DNA of 24,000 nucleotides from sequence record HM452126.1. One strand, given 5' to 3'. The translations under genes were made by a program, and so were the position numbers. Positions 15,447-24,000 of this stretch are shown here, in pieces. This stretch comes from Aeromonas phage phiAS5. How positions within the stretch are numbered: position 1 is the stretch's first letter; each line of letters starts with the position of its first letter. The notes under the pieces are model-generated. The model made no database searches. It had not been told where the DNA came from and saw nothing but the letters and a program-made list of their open reading frames with translations.

Positions 15447-17281
15447 TCCTCAATTTCTGCATCAAAATCTTCACCGAAACCAAGCCATGTTTTACGCTTG
15501 CTTTCATCATCACCGAACAACATTTCCAGCATAGCGGGAGTGTCTTCGTCGATAACGATCTGTTCCAACACAAGATTTTCGATACACTGCTTGTATTCGC
15601 AGTTTTTACCTTCGGTAGTCAGTGTGCCAAGACCCTTAATGTGTCGATGTGTCCACTTGCTATCGAATTTCTTAGAACGGAACTCTTCGCGTGAATAGCT
15701 CCAATCAGTTTTCTTACCGTTGGTACTGATATACTCAGGTGTCCTAACGATATGAATACGACCTTGCTCGAACCAATGTGGCCAATACTTGTAGAAGAAT
15801 GCAATAGCCAGCATAGCGATTGAACCCTTACCGTCTTGGTCCGCGTCGGTCATGATTGCGATGTTTGTATAAGCCGGAGCTTCTTTCGACCGAAGATCAA
15901 CGTTAAGAATACCAAGCAGATCTGAAATCTCCTTGTTCTTCAACACTTCATGATCAGCTAAGTTCCAAACGTTCAGCATCTTACCACGCAACGGATAGCC
16001 GCCTTGTGACTCTTCGTTACGGAATCGAATGAAAGGACCGATAGCTGAATCCCCTTCTGCCAGGAACAAAGTTGTCTTGGTTCGACCCAGTCCAGACGCT
16101 TTAACGTGCTTGGCAACGTTGGCAGCTTTCGCTTTCTTCTGTGCTTTGGTAGCCGCTGCTTTATCGGCAGCTTCTTTCTTCGCAAGTGCAGACGCGATAA
16201 TCGGATCAATAACTTCCGGTGTTTTCAGAATCTTGCGAGCCAATCCCTTGTAATCCAAGTTCATGTGATCGCGAATCTGTGCCCACGGGGAGCTTAACCG
16301 CTCTTTTGTCTGACCATCATACTTCGGCGCTACCAGATTACGAATAAACAAGCCAATAATCAAGCATTCTTTAATTCGAGCTTTGTTAATTTCGATCTTG
16401 TGCTGACGCTTGATCATCGGGATCAGTTCTTCGCTCAGACTATCAAGCACACCATAAACGTGATTGCCGCCTTGCTTAGTATGAACACCGTTAACAAAAC
16501 TCAGTTGTCTGTATTCTTCCGATGTGCCAAAGAACACACTAACATTGTCATCATTGTGACAAACAACATCGCCGAATTGTGCCGCAAACTTCTGGAATTT
16601 GCTATCGACTTTCTTGCCGTTATACTTGAATGTAACTTGTGGGAAGTTCACTGCCAGCGTGATTAGACGCGACTTGATCACTTGCTCAAAGTCTTCATCA
16701 AGATTGAATACGCCGAATCTGGTGAAGTCTGGGACGAAGGTAACAACCGTGCCCTTGAACTTACCTTTCTTCACGGAATAGCTTACTTCATCCGCGTTGT
16801 TTGTGCAACTTACAGTAACAACAGTTTCGCCATTACCAGTTTCGCCAATAAAGCTATCGGAGAAGAAGTTAGTCAGCGCAGAGCCGACACCGTTTTTACC
16901 GATTGTCTTTCGATCTGCGGAGAAGTTTGAGCCGGCGCGAGCGCGAGTCCAAGCAGCTAGTGGCAACGGAACTTCTAACCCCTCGGGTGTGACTACCGTG
17001 CCTTGTGGCAGACCACGACCGTTATCTTTCACCGACACTTTATTATCGGCAACAGTGATTTCAATCACGTTTGCATGTTCGAAATTGGTACGAATCGCTT
17101 CATCCACGCTGTTATCGATAACTTCGTCGGTGATTTTTACCAGACCAGGAACATACGTTAGTGGTTGAAATTTACCATCGATTAGTACATCGTGTGTTTC
17201 CGTCGATACTGATCCCACATACATATCGGTGTTAATAAGGCAGTGTTCTTTGTCGGATAAAACTTTAAACTCTTGGGACAT
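15437..17281 (-). CDS. 39: DNA topoisomerase II large subunit (T4 gp39/gp60-like, GyrB family), 614 aa; start refined from 17326
   Basis: EVIDNSVDEAIRTN, DNGRGLPQG, GKNGVGSALTNFFSD, LAEGDSAIGPF, IAIMTDADQDGKGSI; SD AGAGG upstream of ATG 17281. Confidence 0.93.
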   Translation of the reverse strand: MSQEFKVLSDKEHCLINTDMYVGSVSTETHDVLIDGKFQPLTYVPGLVKITDEVIDNSVDEAIRTNFEHANVIEITVADNKVSVKDNGRGLPQGTVVTPEGLEVPLPLAAWTRARAGSNFSADRKTIGKNGVGSALTNFFSDSFIGETGNGETVVTVSCTNNADEVSYSVKKGKFKGTVVTFVPDFTRFGVFNLDEDFEQVIKSRLITLAVNFPQVTFKYNGKKVDSKFQKFAAQFGDVVCHNDDNVSVFFGTSEEYRQLSFVNGVHTKQGGNHVYGVLDSLSEELIPMIKRQHKIEINKARIKECLIIGLFIRNLVAPKYDGQTKERLSSPWAQIRDHMNLDYKGLARKILKTPEVIDPIIASALAKKEAADKAAATKAQKKAKAANVAKHVKASGLGRTKTTLFLAEGDSAIGPFIRFRNEESQGGYPLRGKMLNVWNLADHEVLKNKEISDLLGILNVDLRSKEAPAYTNIAIMTDADQDGKGSIAMLAIAFFYKYWPHWFEQGRIHIVRTPEYISTNGKKTDWSYSREEFRSKKFDSKWTHRHIKGLGTLTTEGKNCEYKQCIENLVLEQIVIDEDTPAMLEMLFGDDESKRKTWLGFGEDFDAEIEEEG

Positions 17282-17294
17282 ATTACCTCTTTCT

Positions 17295-17323
17295 ATGGGG
17301 AGCTGTTTAGACTCCCCATTATA
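17295..17323 (-). promoter_or_regulatory. Candidate promoter -10 TATAAT (17318-17323) with weak -35, overlapping an 8-bp hairpin
   Basis: ATGGGGAG(17295-17302)-CTGTTTAGA-CTCCCCAT(17312-17319). Confidence 0.5.
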
Positions 17324-17345
17324 CACAAAAACGACTTACTATAAA

Positions 17346-17840
17346 CTAACTAACGATCTGTTTGTGCCACTTTTCGTTCTTTTCAACGATAGACTGGCTT
17401 ACCAGATTAATCACTGTTCTAGCCGTGCTTTCGTTGGCAGGCATGCCTTTTTGCTGAACAAGATGCATATAAACGACATCGAGACCAGCAATGATCAGAT
17501 CTGCGAACTCTGCATGGAGCGGTTCAGGATGTTGCTTTTTCGGCTTGTTGATCACCGTAGACATTTCGCCCAGTTCTTCGGTACATTTGCCTAGCACTTC
17601 ATGAACCGTACGCTCTTTGGCAATCAAACTATTTCGCAGAACATCACAGAATGCTGTGGTAAGAGAATGCTTTGGAACTTGTCGAGCTGCATTCCAGCCC
17701 ATAACCCAAGTAGTCCAACAAGCGCCACGTACCATAAACTGCTGGTCATCAGTCAGATTGTACCAATCGTATGCTTTCTGGAATGCAAGTTCGCATTCCA
17801 TACGATCCACAACTTGAACAACGTTAATATTGTCGAGCAT
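17346..17840 (-). CDS. MazG-like nucleotide pyrophosphohydrolase-related protein, 164 aa
   Basis: KCTEELGEMSTVINKPKK...LHAEFADLIIAGLDVVY resembles the EExxE...ExxD helices of MazG-type proteins. Confidence 0.6.
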   Translation of the reverse strand: MLDNINVVQVVDRMECELAFQKAYDWYNLTDDQQFMVRGACWTTWVMGWNAARQVPKHSLTTAFCDVLRNSLIAKERTVHEVLGKCTEELGEMSTVINKPKKQHPEPLHAEFADLIIAGLDVVYMHLVQQKGMPANESTARTVINLVSQSIVEKNEKWHKQIVS

Positions 17841-18055
17841 TATTTCGCCTTGACTTGTTCGTAAAAACCACGGGCGCGTTTGTAGCTGTCAATGATGCCA
17901 TCAACGCGAGATTCGATGTCGATTTCTTTCGGAACACGCAGATCCATGATTGCACGGAAAATAGTGTCGCGGCTGCTATCGATAAGACGGTATACAGTCT
18001 TGTCCAGGGTGTCGATTTGTTTCTGTTCGAACTCGGTAAAAATCTTTTCTTCCAT
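17840..18055 (-). CDS. Hypothetical protein, 71 aa
   Basis: Overlaps neighbouring start/stop codons. Confidence 0.65.
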   Translation of the reverse strand: MEEKIFTEFEQKQIDTLDKTVYRLIDSSRDTIFRAIMDLRVPKEIDIESRVDGIIDSYKRARGFYEQVKAK

Positions 18056-18231
18056 TACTCTTCGCCTTCTTCGTAATCGGTACCAGCGTCAGTCACGATT
18101 CGGACTGCCAACTGCTTACCGTCTTTGTTGTAAATTGCGGTAGTCATTTCTCCGAAGCCATACGAAGTGCGCTCAAAAGCACCTTCTACAGTGGCCAGGA
18201 TTTCGTTGTAACGCACTTCGTTGATTTGCAT
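18055..18231 (-). CDS. Hypothetical protein, 58 aa (MQINEVRYNEILATVEGAFERTSYGFGEMTTAIYNKDGKQLAVRIVTDAGTDYEEGEE), not in ORF track
   Basis: SD AGAGG about 8 nt upstream; shares one base with the next start codon. Confidence 0.65.
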   Translation of the reverse strand: MQINEVRYNEILATVEGAFERTSYGFGEMTTAIYNKDGKQLAVRIVTDAGTDYEEGEE

Positions 18232-18242
18232 TTTTAGCCTCT

Positions 18243-18250
18243 TATAAATA
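18243..18250 (+). promoter_or_regulatory. Candidate T4-type late promoter TATAAATA for homing endonuclease
   Basis: Exact TATAAATA 35 nt upstream of the ATG at 18286. Confidence 0.45.
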
Positions 18251-18285
18251 GATGTATCATAAACCTAGATCAGGATGTCTTTCAC

Positions 18286-19029
18286 ATGAATTATAAAATG
18301 ATATACGAAAAACTCACTTCCGTCAACACAGAATCAGATAAATTTGAAGTTCATCACATAATTCCTCGGTGCATGGGAGGAACAAATGATCCTGTAAATC
18401 TCGTTAGATTAACGTATCGCCAACATTACATAGCACACAAACTCTTAACCAAGATTTACCCGGATAACAATAAGCTTGAAATCGCATTCAAACTCATGGT
18501 ATTCAAAAATTCACATAAGTATTATAACTCTAGAGACTTTGAGAATGCAAGAGTTTTGCAATCAACGCATATGAGAAATAATAATCCTATGAAATCATTC
18601 GAGACTAAGGATAAAATGCGACAAACTATGATTGATAAGTATAAAGCTGGATGGACTCCCAGAGTTGGTAAATCGCACAGTGAACAAGCCAAAGCTAATA
18701 TATCCACTGGAAGATCTGGCAAACTGTGCGGCGAAGAAAATCCGAATTATGGTAAACAGCTCAGTGAAGAAACTAAACTGAAAATATCCAAATCCAGAAT
18801 CGCAAATTCAGAGTTATACAAAAAGCCAAGAACCGAAGAAGTTAAGCGTAAGATATCCGAATCGTGTCGCAACAGGGTGATTTCCGATGAAACTAAACGA
18901 AAGATTTCTGAATATAAACTAAACTTACCACCTGTCACTTGTCCTCATTGTAATAAGACTATGAAACAGGGACCTGGTGCTGTTCGTTGGCATTTTGATA
19001 ATTGTAAACTATCCCCTAAGAATAGATAA
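18286..19029 (+). CDS. Free-standing HNH homing endonuclease with NUMOD3-like repeats, 247 aa
   Basis: VHHIIPRCMGGTNDPVNLVRLTYRQHYIAHKLL (HNH) and GEENPNYGKQLSEETKLKISKS / RTEEVKRKISES / ISDETKRKISEY repeats; opposite strand to all neighbours. Confidence 0.9.
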   Translation: MNYKMIYEKLTSVNTESDKFEVHHIIPRCMGGTNDPVNLVRLTYRQHYIAHKLLTKIYPDNNKLEIAFKLMVFKNSHKYYNSRDFENARVLQSTHMRNNNPMKSFETKDKMRQTMIDKYKAGWTPRVGKSHSEQAKANISTGRSGKLCGEENPNYGKQLSEETKLKISKSRIANSELYKKPRTEEVKRKISESCRNRVISDETKRKISEYKLNLPPVTCPHCNKTMKQGPGAVRWHFDNCKLSPKNR

Positions 19030-19689
19030 CGGATCAACATCATCGGAGGATGGAATTTCTTGCAAACCCCAGGCATAGCGTTTTGAGTAGATCAGCATCA
19101 ATATATCCTTAGCGGCATCATGAATACTATCATGTTTCACGAATCCGTCAAGCGTTCCTTTCGGTAACGGGCAGATTGTTTGCATTCTAGTACCTAGATT
19201 TTGTTCAATCGCGGTGCGAATATCGCGCTGGCGAGAGAAGTTAACTGGCTGATCAAAGATCGTGTCGTCATTCCCAGTGAACTGAGATAACATATCCTCG
19301 AATATGGTAAAGTCAAAGCTATTGCCACGACACCATGCCAGCGATTTCCAGTAATCAACTTTGAACTCCGGCTTGCGGATAAAGTCGAAAAACTGTTGGA
19401 TTCCGTCTTCGATTGTAACATCGTGTTCAGACGGTTTCAAGTTCTTTTTCGCTTCTGGTGATTGATTTTTCCACCAGTCGATTGTTGATTTCAGTTTATG
19501 ACGATTTGACTGTGATTTCAAGTCAAATTTGATTTTTATGCCGCGAGACACCAAATCTTTAAAGCTAGGAGGATTCATTACATCCTCCCGATACACGATA
19601 ACGGCTAAATCAATAGCCGTTGCGTTCGCTTTGTTGCTCAGAGTCTCCATGTCGATGATATAATCATCATACTCTGGGACTTGTATCAT
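19009..19689 (-). CDS. dexA: DexA-like 3'-5' exonuclease, 226 aa
   Basis: DYIIDMETLSNKANATAIDLAVIVY (DEDD DxE motif), IKIKFDLKSQ, TIDWWKNQSPEAKKNLKPS, WCRGNSFDF, CPLPKGTLDGFVKHDSIHDAAKD. Confidence 0.88.
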   Translation of the reverse strand: MIQVPEYDDYIIDMETLSNKANATAIDLAVIVYREDVMNPPSFKDLVSRGIKIKFDLKSQSNRHKLKSTIDWWKNQSPEAKKNLKPSEHDVTIEDGIQQFFDFIRKPEFKVDYWKSLAWCRGNSFDFTIFEDMLSQFTGNDDTIFDQPVNFSRQRDIRTAIEQNLGTRMQTICPLPKGTLDGFVKHDSIHDAAKDILMLIYSKRYAWGLQEIPSSDDVDPLSILRG

Positions 19690-20165
19690 TTGACGCCGGA
19701 ACTCCCGAGACCACCTTCGCCGCGTTCAGAAACGGTTTCGAACTCGTCTACCCGCTTGAAAGTGAATCCTTTCACGTACAGATGGAATACCATTTGAACA
19801 ACACGGTCACCAGGCTCGATAGTAAGATCACCAGTGCCTTCGTTGCGCAGCTTGATCATGATCTCGCCTTGATAGTCAGCATCAATAACACCAGCAGTAT
19901 TAGCCAGTCGGACATAGTGCTTGAAGCCCAGACCGGAGCGAGGCAGAATGCAGCCATACACACCAACATCCAGGAACACTTGAGCGAGATCAAGAGCGGC
20001 AATGTTCATTTTCAGACCACTCGGGATAACAACGTCCTCGCCCGGTTTCAGGGTAACAGCTTCGCTAATTGCAGCTCGCAGATCTACGCCGGCGGCGTCT
20101 TTGGACTTGAACTCAGGCAGTTCCCACTTGTAATGTGGCAGTACGATTACAGGAATATCTCTCAT
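19686..20165 (-). CDS. dut: dUTPase, 159 aa; start refined from 20180
   Basis: DAAGVDLRA, PRSGLGFKH, NTAGVIDADYQGEI, GDRVVQMVF, RGEGGLGSSG. TAATG overlap with the primase stop, SD GGAG. Confidence 0.92.
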   Translation of the reverse strand: MRDIPVIVLPHYKWELPEFKSKDAAGVDLRAAISEAVTLKPGEDVVIPSGLKMNIAALDLAQVFLDVGVYGCILPRSGLGFKHYVRLANTAGVIDADYQGEIMIKLRNEGTGDLTIEPGDRVVQMVFHLYVKGFTFKRVDEFETVSERGEGGLGSSGVK

Positions 20166-21196
20166 TAAATTTTTCTCCATTCGGAAAGTCTACGTTTAGC
20201 ACTAAGTCCAGATACCGTATTCTGTTTGAGATACGTTTCGATTTGTTGAACAGTCGCGCCTTCATCTTTGATCATATCATTGATGTCCTTCGAGTGGAAT
20301 GGACAATCTAACCATACGACCACCTTTTCACCAGCGTCTATAAGCTTCTCCAGACGCTCTACCGTCTCTTTGCTTCGCGGCTCGTTGTCTAACACCCACA
20401 CACGCTTACCTTTGAATGGAGCGTCTGCCAAGTGCATAGAACCACCGACGATTGCCAAAGAGTTCGGAATAAATGTGCTGTCTATTGGACCTTCGAAGTA
20501 CCAGACAGTCTTTGTTCCGTCAACGCGCTCAAGTCCATAAACTTTGTTCGCATCGTCGGACGGCTTCACAGTCAGATACCGCTGATTTTTGTCAACGTTT
20601 CCCAATGCTCGACCTTGAATACAGCTCACCGTACCGTCAGCATTATAGATGGGAATTACCAATCGGTATTCTTTCTCGATATGCTTGTAAGTATCGGGTT
20701 TTATGTGATTGCTCAGACCTTTCCAGTTGTCGGTGAAGTAGAACAGTTTCAAGTTCTCTTTCGGGATACAGCGATGAAGCATGTATTTTACAACTGGATG
20801 CGCTTCTGGCAGTTCAGATAGTCTAACACAAAACGGCAGTTCGGAAACAATTTTTTGCTCTTTTTTCTCAAGTTTCGCACCGAGGTCTAGCTTGACTTCT
20901 GACCGTTTTGGCTTGCTGTCCTTATACTTCTCTTTGATATACTCGCGGTATAGTTCTTCATGATACAGTTGGAGATATAGAGAAAACGGAAGCTGTTTGC
21001 CGCAGTTGAAGCAGCCATAGAAAACTTGTCCGTCGCGTTCGTAAAACCATCCGCGAGACTTGTATTTGTCTTTTTGTGAGTCGCCACAAATGTGACAACG
21101 GAAGTTATACTTGATTTCATGCGCACGGCTGTGATCCGAAAACATCGGCAACACAAACGCTATTTGATGCGCCATTTGTCGTTGAATGTAAAGCAT
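20165..21196 (-). CDS. 61: DNA primase (T4 gp61-like), 343 aa; start refined from 21241
   Basis: Zn motif CHICGDS...CFNCGK, Toprim-like WYFEGPIDSTFIPNSLAIVGG and VWVLDNEPRSKE; SD GGAG before ATG 21196. Confidence 0.87.
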   Translation of the reverse strand: MLYIQRQMAHQIAFVLPMFSDHSRAHEIKYNFRCHICGDSQKDKYKSRGWFYERDGQVFYGCFNCGKQLPFSLYLQLYHEELYREYIKEKYKDSKPKRSEVKLDLGAKLEKKEQKIVSELPFCVRLSELPEAHPVVKYMLHRCIPKENLKLFYFTDNWKGLSNHIKPDTYKHIEKEYRLVIPIYNADGTVSCIQGRALGNVDKNQRYLTVKPSDDANKVYGLERVDGTKTVWYFEGPIDSTFIPNSLAIVGGSMHLADAPFKGKRVWVLDNEPRSKETVERLEKLIDAGEKVVVWLDCPFHSKDINDMIKDEGATVQQIETYLKQNTVSGLSAKRRLSEWRKI

Positions 21197-21204
21197 AAAC
21201 TCTC

Positions 21205-21232
21205 CAAATAAAAATGCCCTCTTATGAGGGCA
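21205..21232 (-). terminator. Rho-independent terminator immediately upstream of primase RBS
   Basis: Minus: ATGCCCTC-ATAA-GAGGGCAT-TTTATTT. Confidence 0.75.
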
Positions 21233-21240
21233 TGATATCA

Positions 21241-21711
21241 TTAGTATTCTTTCTTTTCAACTTTTTTCTTGCCCATATTCGATGGACCTTTCGATGTAAC
21301 GCTACCGCTTTTCTCGCCGGTAGCAATCGCAGTTGCATCCCCGCCAGAGTCGCCAGAAATCATTTCGATCAAAGTATGCAGATCGCTAGACTCTTCGCAC
21401 TCCGTCAACGGCATACGACTCATGTCCGGTTCACCATATTCACTGATGATCGCGTTCCATCCCATCTTAACTGCCAGAGCTGATGTACCGAATCCACCAC
21501 TGAATTTCTGAATAGTCTGCTTCAAACTTCTTACCATACTATGGAATTTGGTATAATGCGACTTTTCTTTCGGGGTTTCGGGACGACGGATCACGTTGCC
21601 TTGATCATCGATAATGCCTAGCTTGAATGCCTCCCACTTGCGAAATGATTTCCCAAGCAGTGTAGCAAGGCGATAGGCATACACAGCATCCATAACTGTT
21701 TTTGCACTCAT
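21241..21711 (-). CDS. Conserved phage protein of unknown function, 156 aa
   Basis: SD AGGAGG; between helicase and primase genes. Confidence 0.75.
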   Translation of the reverse strand: MSAKTVMDAVYAYRLATLLGKSFRKWEAFKLGIIDDQGNVIRRPETPKEKSHYTKFHSMVRSLKQTIQKFSGGFGTSALAVKMGWNAIISEYGEPDMSRMPLTECEESSDLHTLIEMISGDSGGDATAIATGEKSGSVTSKGPSNMGKKKVEKKEY

Positions 21712-21742
21712 TTAACACCTCCTAAACAAATTATTTAGGGGA

Positions 21743-23197
21743 TTAGATCCCCCAATCGACCGCATCATCAATCGTTGCGTCAGCAAGCTTGTCCATCTTG
21801 TTGCGTGTGCTCAAGTCTTTGGCTTTCGCCACGTTCTCCTTGTGCGCTTCGTTCATACGCGAGCTTGCATCATTCAGATTACCACCAAAGTTGCCCTCTG
21901 GTTCTGTCCAACGTTGTTTACCTTTGTTAACACATAGGTTAAATCTGGTAAACTTGTTTTTGTCACCATAACGCGATTTGATTTGTTTAAAGAGTTGTTG
22001 ATTGATTTCTGCCAACTCTTCGGTTTCCATCGCTGCCAACATAAAGTCACAAGTCGCGGGAAGACCAGCAGATTCAGCAACATCCGACATATTGATATCA
22101 GAGCTATCCCAGCCACCACGAGTAGTCTGTGCCGCAGACCAAACAACCACATCATGCTCGATAGCAAAGCCTCGAAGTTCTTCGGCAATCGCTTTCACCA
22201 TGGTGTAACTGTTCTCAGAATATGCAGTCATTCGCTTAGACGCCATGATCCCAAGATAGTCAACAATCACGATATCAGGCTTGAAACCCTTCTTGATCTG
22301 CAAGTCAGACATCAAATTGTCTAAGTGGTTGCAGTTCGCAGCACCGGTAGGGAACTGTTTAACAACGAGCTTGCCACAGTTCTTCTGCTTGAGTCCAGCG
22401 AATCGACGCATAAAATCGGTCTCAGAGATAAGACCATCGTCAATATCGTCCAGTGTGACATCCAGCAAGTTAGCATCGATACGCTTACCGCATACTTCTT
22501 CGCCCATTTCCATAGACACATACAGCACATTGTAACCCTGTAACAGGTACTCACATGCCAAATGACACAGACCCAGCGATTTACCGACGTTAACACCTGC
22601 CAGAATGATGTTCAGCGTTCGACGCTCTACACCGCCCTTGGTGATAGTGTTCAGAATCTTTGTGATAAACGGAATCTTTTTCGATTTAGTCTTGTAAGAC
22701 TGAAACCGGGATTCAACGTCATCAAAGTAATCATGACCGATTGCCAAGTTAAATGCAACAGCAAGCGCGTTTTTCATCAAGTCAGGAATAGCGCCGATGT
22801 CCTTGATCTTGCGGTCTCGTTCGTCCAGCGGCTTCGCGTGATTTTCTTGAATCAAGATTGCTTCGGACAATGCATTATGCATCGCTCGTTCTTGGCAATA
22901 CTTCTCGGTTTCAGCAAGCAGCCAACCGAGATCTTCCGGTACACCAACAAGTTCGCCGATACCAGAATAGGCTTCATCAAACTCAACCTGAGAAATCCCT
23001 GTACGCTTCTCCAGCGCGATTGCCAGCGCGTTGTGAGTCGGGATTGTCTTATACTCAGTATAATGCTTTTGAATCAGTTCGAAGATTAAACGAATTGGTC
23101 CTCTCGGAAAATACTCCCGCTTTATGAACGGGAAGACTTGCCGAAAGTATTCCTCAGAAACGAGGAGATTCGTGAGAATAGATTGTTCGATTGACAT
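21743..23197 (-). CDS. 41: Replicative DNA helicase (DnaB family, T4 gp41-like), 484 aa
   Basis: Walker A-like LAGVNVGKSLGLCHLACEYL, IVIVDYLGIM, WSAAQTTRGG. Confidence 0.93.
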   Translation of the reverse strand: MSIEQSILTNLLVSEEYFRQVFPFIKREYFPRGPIRLIFELIQKHYTEYKTIPTHNALAIALEKRTGISQVEFDEAYSGIGELVGVPEDLGWLLAETEKYCQERAMHNALSEAILIQENHAKPLDERDRKIKDIGAIPDLMKNALAVAFNLAIGHDYFDDVESRFQSYKTKSKKIPFITKILNTITKGGVERRTLNIILAGVNVGKSLGLCHLACEYLLQGYNVLYVSMEMGEEVCGKRIDANLLDVTLDDIDDGLISETDFMRRFAGLKQKNCGKLVVKQFPTGAANCNHLDNLMSDLQIKKGFKPDIVIVDYLGIMASKRMTAYSENSYTMVKAIAEELRGFAIEHDVVVWSAAQTTRGGWDSSDINMSDVAESAGLPATCDFMLAAMETEELAEINQQLFKQIKSRYGDKNKFTRFNLCVNKGKQRWTEPEGNFGGNLNDASSRMNEAHKENVAKAKDLSTRNKMDKLADATIDDAVDWGI

Positions 23198-23439
23198 TCA
23201 TTGCCTTCTGTGATTTGCGCTTGTAAAGCGGCTTTAACGTGTTTGAATAATTCATCTTTCATGATCTCTTTCTCAGTATGGGGAGTGGACCAGTCCATGT
23301 AAACTTGTCCGTTAACAAAACTTACATCGTGAATATACGCGATGAAGGGCTTGCCGTCAACTAGAATAACAAGCTCTTGTTTGATATCTTTTAATGCTTC
23401 GTCTAGTACGTCTCTGTAATTTCGCTCTTTGGCTTCCAT
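23122..23439 (-). CDS. Hypothetical protein, 105 aa, overlapping helicase 5' end by 76 nt
   Basis: SD GGAG 7 nt before the ATG. Confidence 0.55.
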   Translation of the reverse strand: MEAKERNYRDVLDEALKDIKQELVILVDGKPFIAYIHDVSFVNGQVYMDWSTPHTEKEIMKDELFKHVKAALQAQITEGNECQSNNLFSRISSFLRNTFGKSSRS

Positions 23440-24000
23440 TGACGTCTCCGTTTACTTTGCCATTTCCAACTTTTCTGAACGGCTCGATCAGCTCGATCCC
23501 ACCAAGCTTCGGTAATCTCATACGAATCAATGATAGAACTACGACGAATCGGCGGCTCAGGAATGTCGTACCAGTTTCCGGGTCCAGCTTCATAGTTGCC
23601 TTCGTACCACTCTTCGCGATACAAATCCCATTCGTATTCATTGACTTCCAGATCTTGGCGACGCTGACTTTCCATAAAGCGTTGTGCAATTCGAATTGCA
23701 CCGCGTGGCTTGCGATAGCCGTACACGCTCTTACGAGACCCACGATCACGGGCGTTCCAGCTCATACAGCTCGGTGCCTTGCGTTTGGCCTGCTTATGAT
23801 AGACTTGCATTGCCATATTGGGATCAATAACTCGACCACCATCGTCGGTAATGATGCCAGCACAGGTAGCAAATCCAACAAACAGATCAAACCAACCCCA
23901 ACTGTCTTTAGTCTTTTTGTTCGCGATGTATGTCAGACGATATCCGTTATGAACGTAAAATCCGTTTTTCTCGATGCCTTCTTTGATCTCATGGCGATAC
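23403..24000 (-). CDS. Hypothetical protein, continues past the right edge
   Basis: The frame stays open upstream of the ORF-track start at 23816: YRHEIKEGIEKNGFYVHNGYRLTYIANKKTKDSWGWFDLFVGFATCAGIITDDGGRVIDPN-MAMQVYHKQAK...; no SD at 23816. Confidence 0.65.
   Translation of the reverse strand, partial: YRHEIKEGIEKNGFYVHNGYRLTYIANKKTKDSWGWFDLFVGFATCAGIITDDGGRVIDPNMAMQVYHKQAKRKAPSCMSWNARDRGSRKSVYGYRKPRGAIRIAQRFMESQRRQDLEVNEYEWDLYREEWYEGNYEAGPGNWYDIPEPPIRRSSIIDSYEITEAWWDRADRAVQKSWKWQSKRRRQWKPKSEITETY

Noticed and set aside
15388-15573. N-terminal extension of the CYTH ORF to 15573
   Set aside because: Extension overlaps the topoisomerase gene, terminator and promoter; CYTH signature and SD support the start at 15387.
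18232-18285. Minus-strand sigma70 promoter upstream of the 58-aa gene
   Set aside because: Only a TATGAT-like -10; no acceptable -35 at 16-18 nt.
1-24000. tRNA genes, CRISPR arrays, toxin-antitoxin or anti-phage defence modules
   Set aside because: No cloverleaf, repeat-spacer or recognisable defence gene architecture seen by eye; a tRNAscan/DefenseFinder run would be the decisive test.

Overview
The window is part of a large T4-superfamily (myovirus-type) phage genome. A plus-strand late module (1-6092) holds the 3' end of an S74-type fiber gene, a 1331-aa tail fiber, a GH24 T4-type lysozyme and a small transmembrane/coiled-coil protein. A bidirectional terminator separates it from a long minus-strand replication/nucleotide module (6124-24000): topoisomerase II medium and large subunits, Nudix hydrolase, rIIB-like, rIIA-like, CYTH phosphatase, MazG-like, DexA-like exonuclease, dUTPase, primase and DnaB/gp41-like helicase. 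One plus-strand HNH/NUMOD3 homing endonuclease interrupts the minus cluster. I did not find a wholly new multigene system. The most notable signals are regulatory: an SD-hairpin-AUG initiation site at 166-201; a stop codon, terminator loop and -35 box sharing the same bases at 15435-15440; a series of sigma70-like promoters overlapped by different inverted repeats; an rIIB homologue with an extra tandem HTH-like N-terminus; and a structured intergenic region at 9922-9992.
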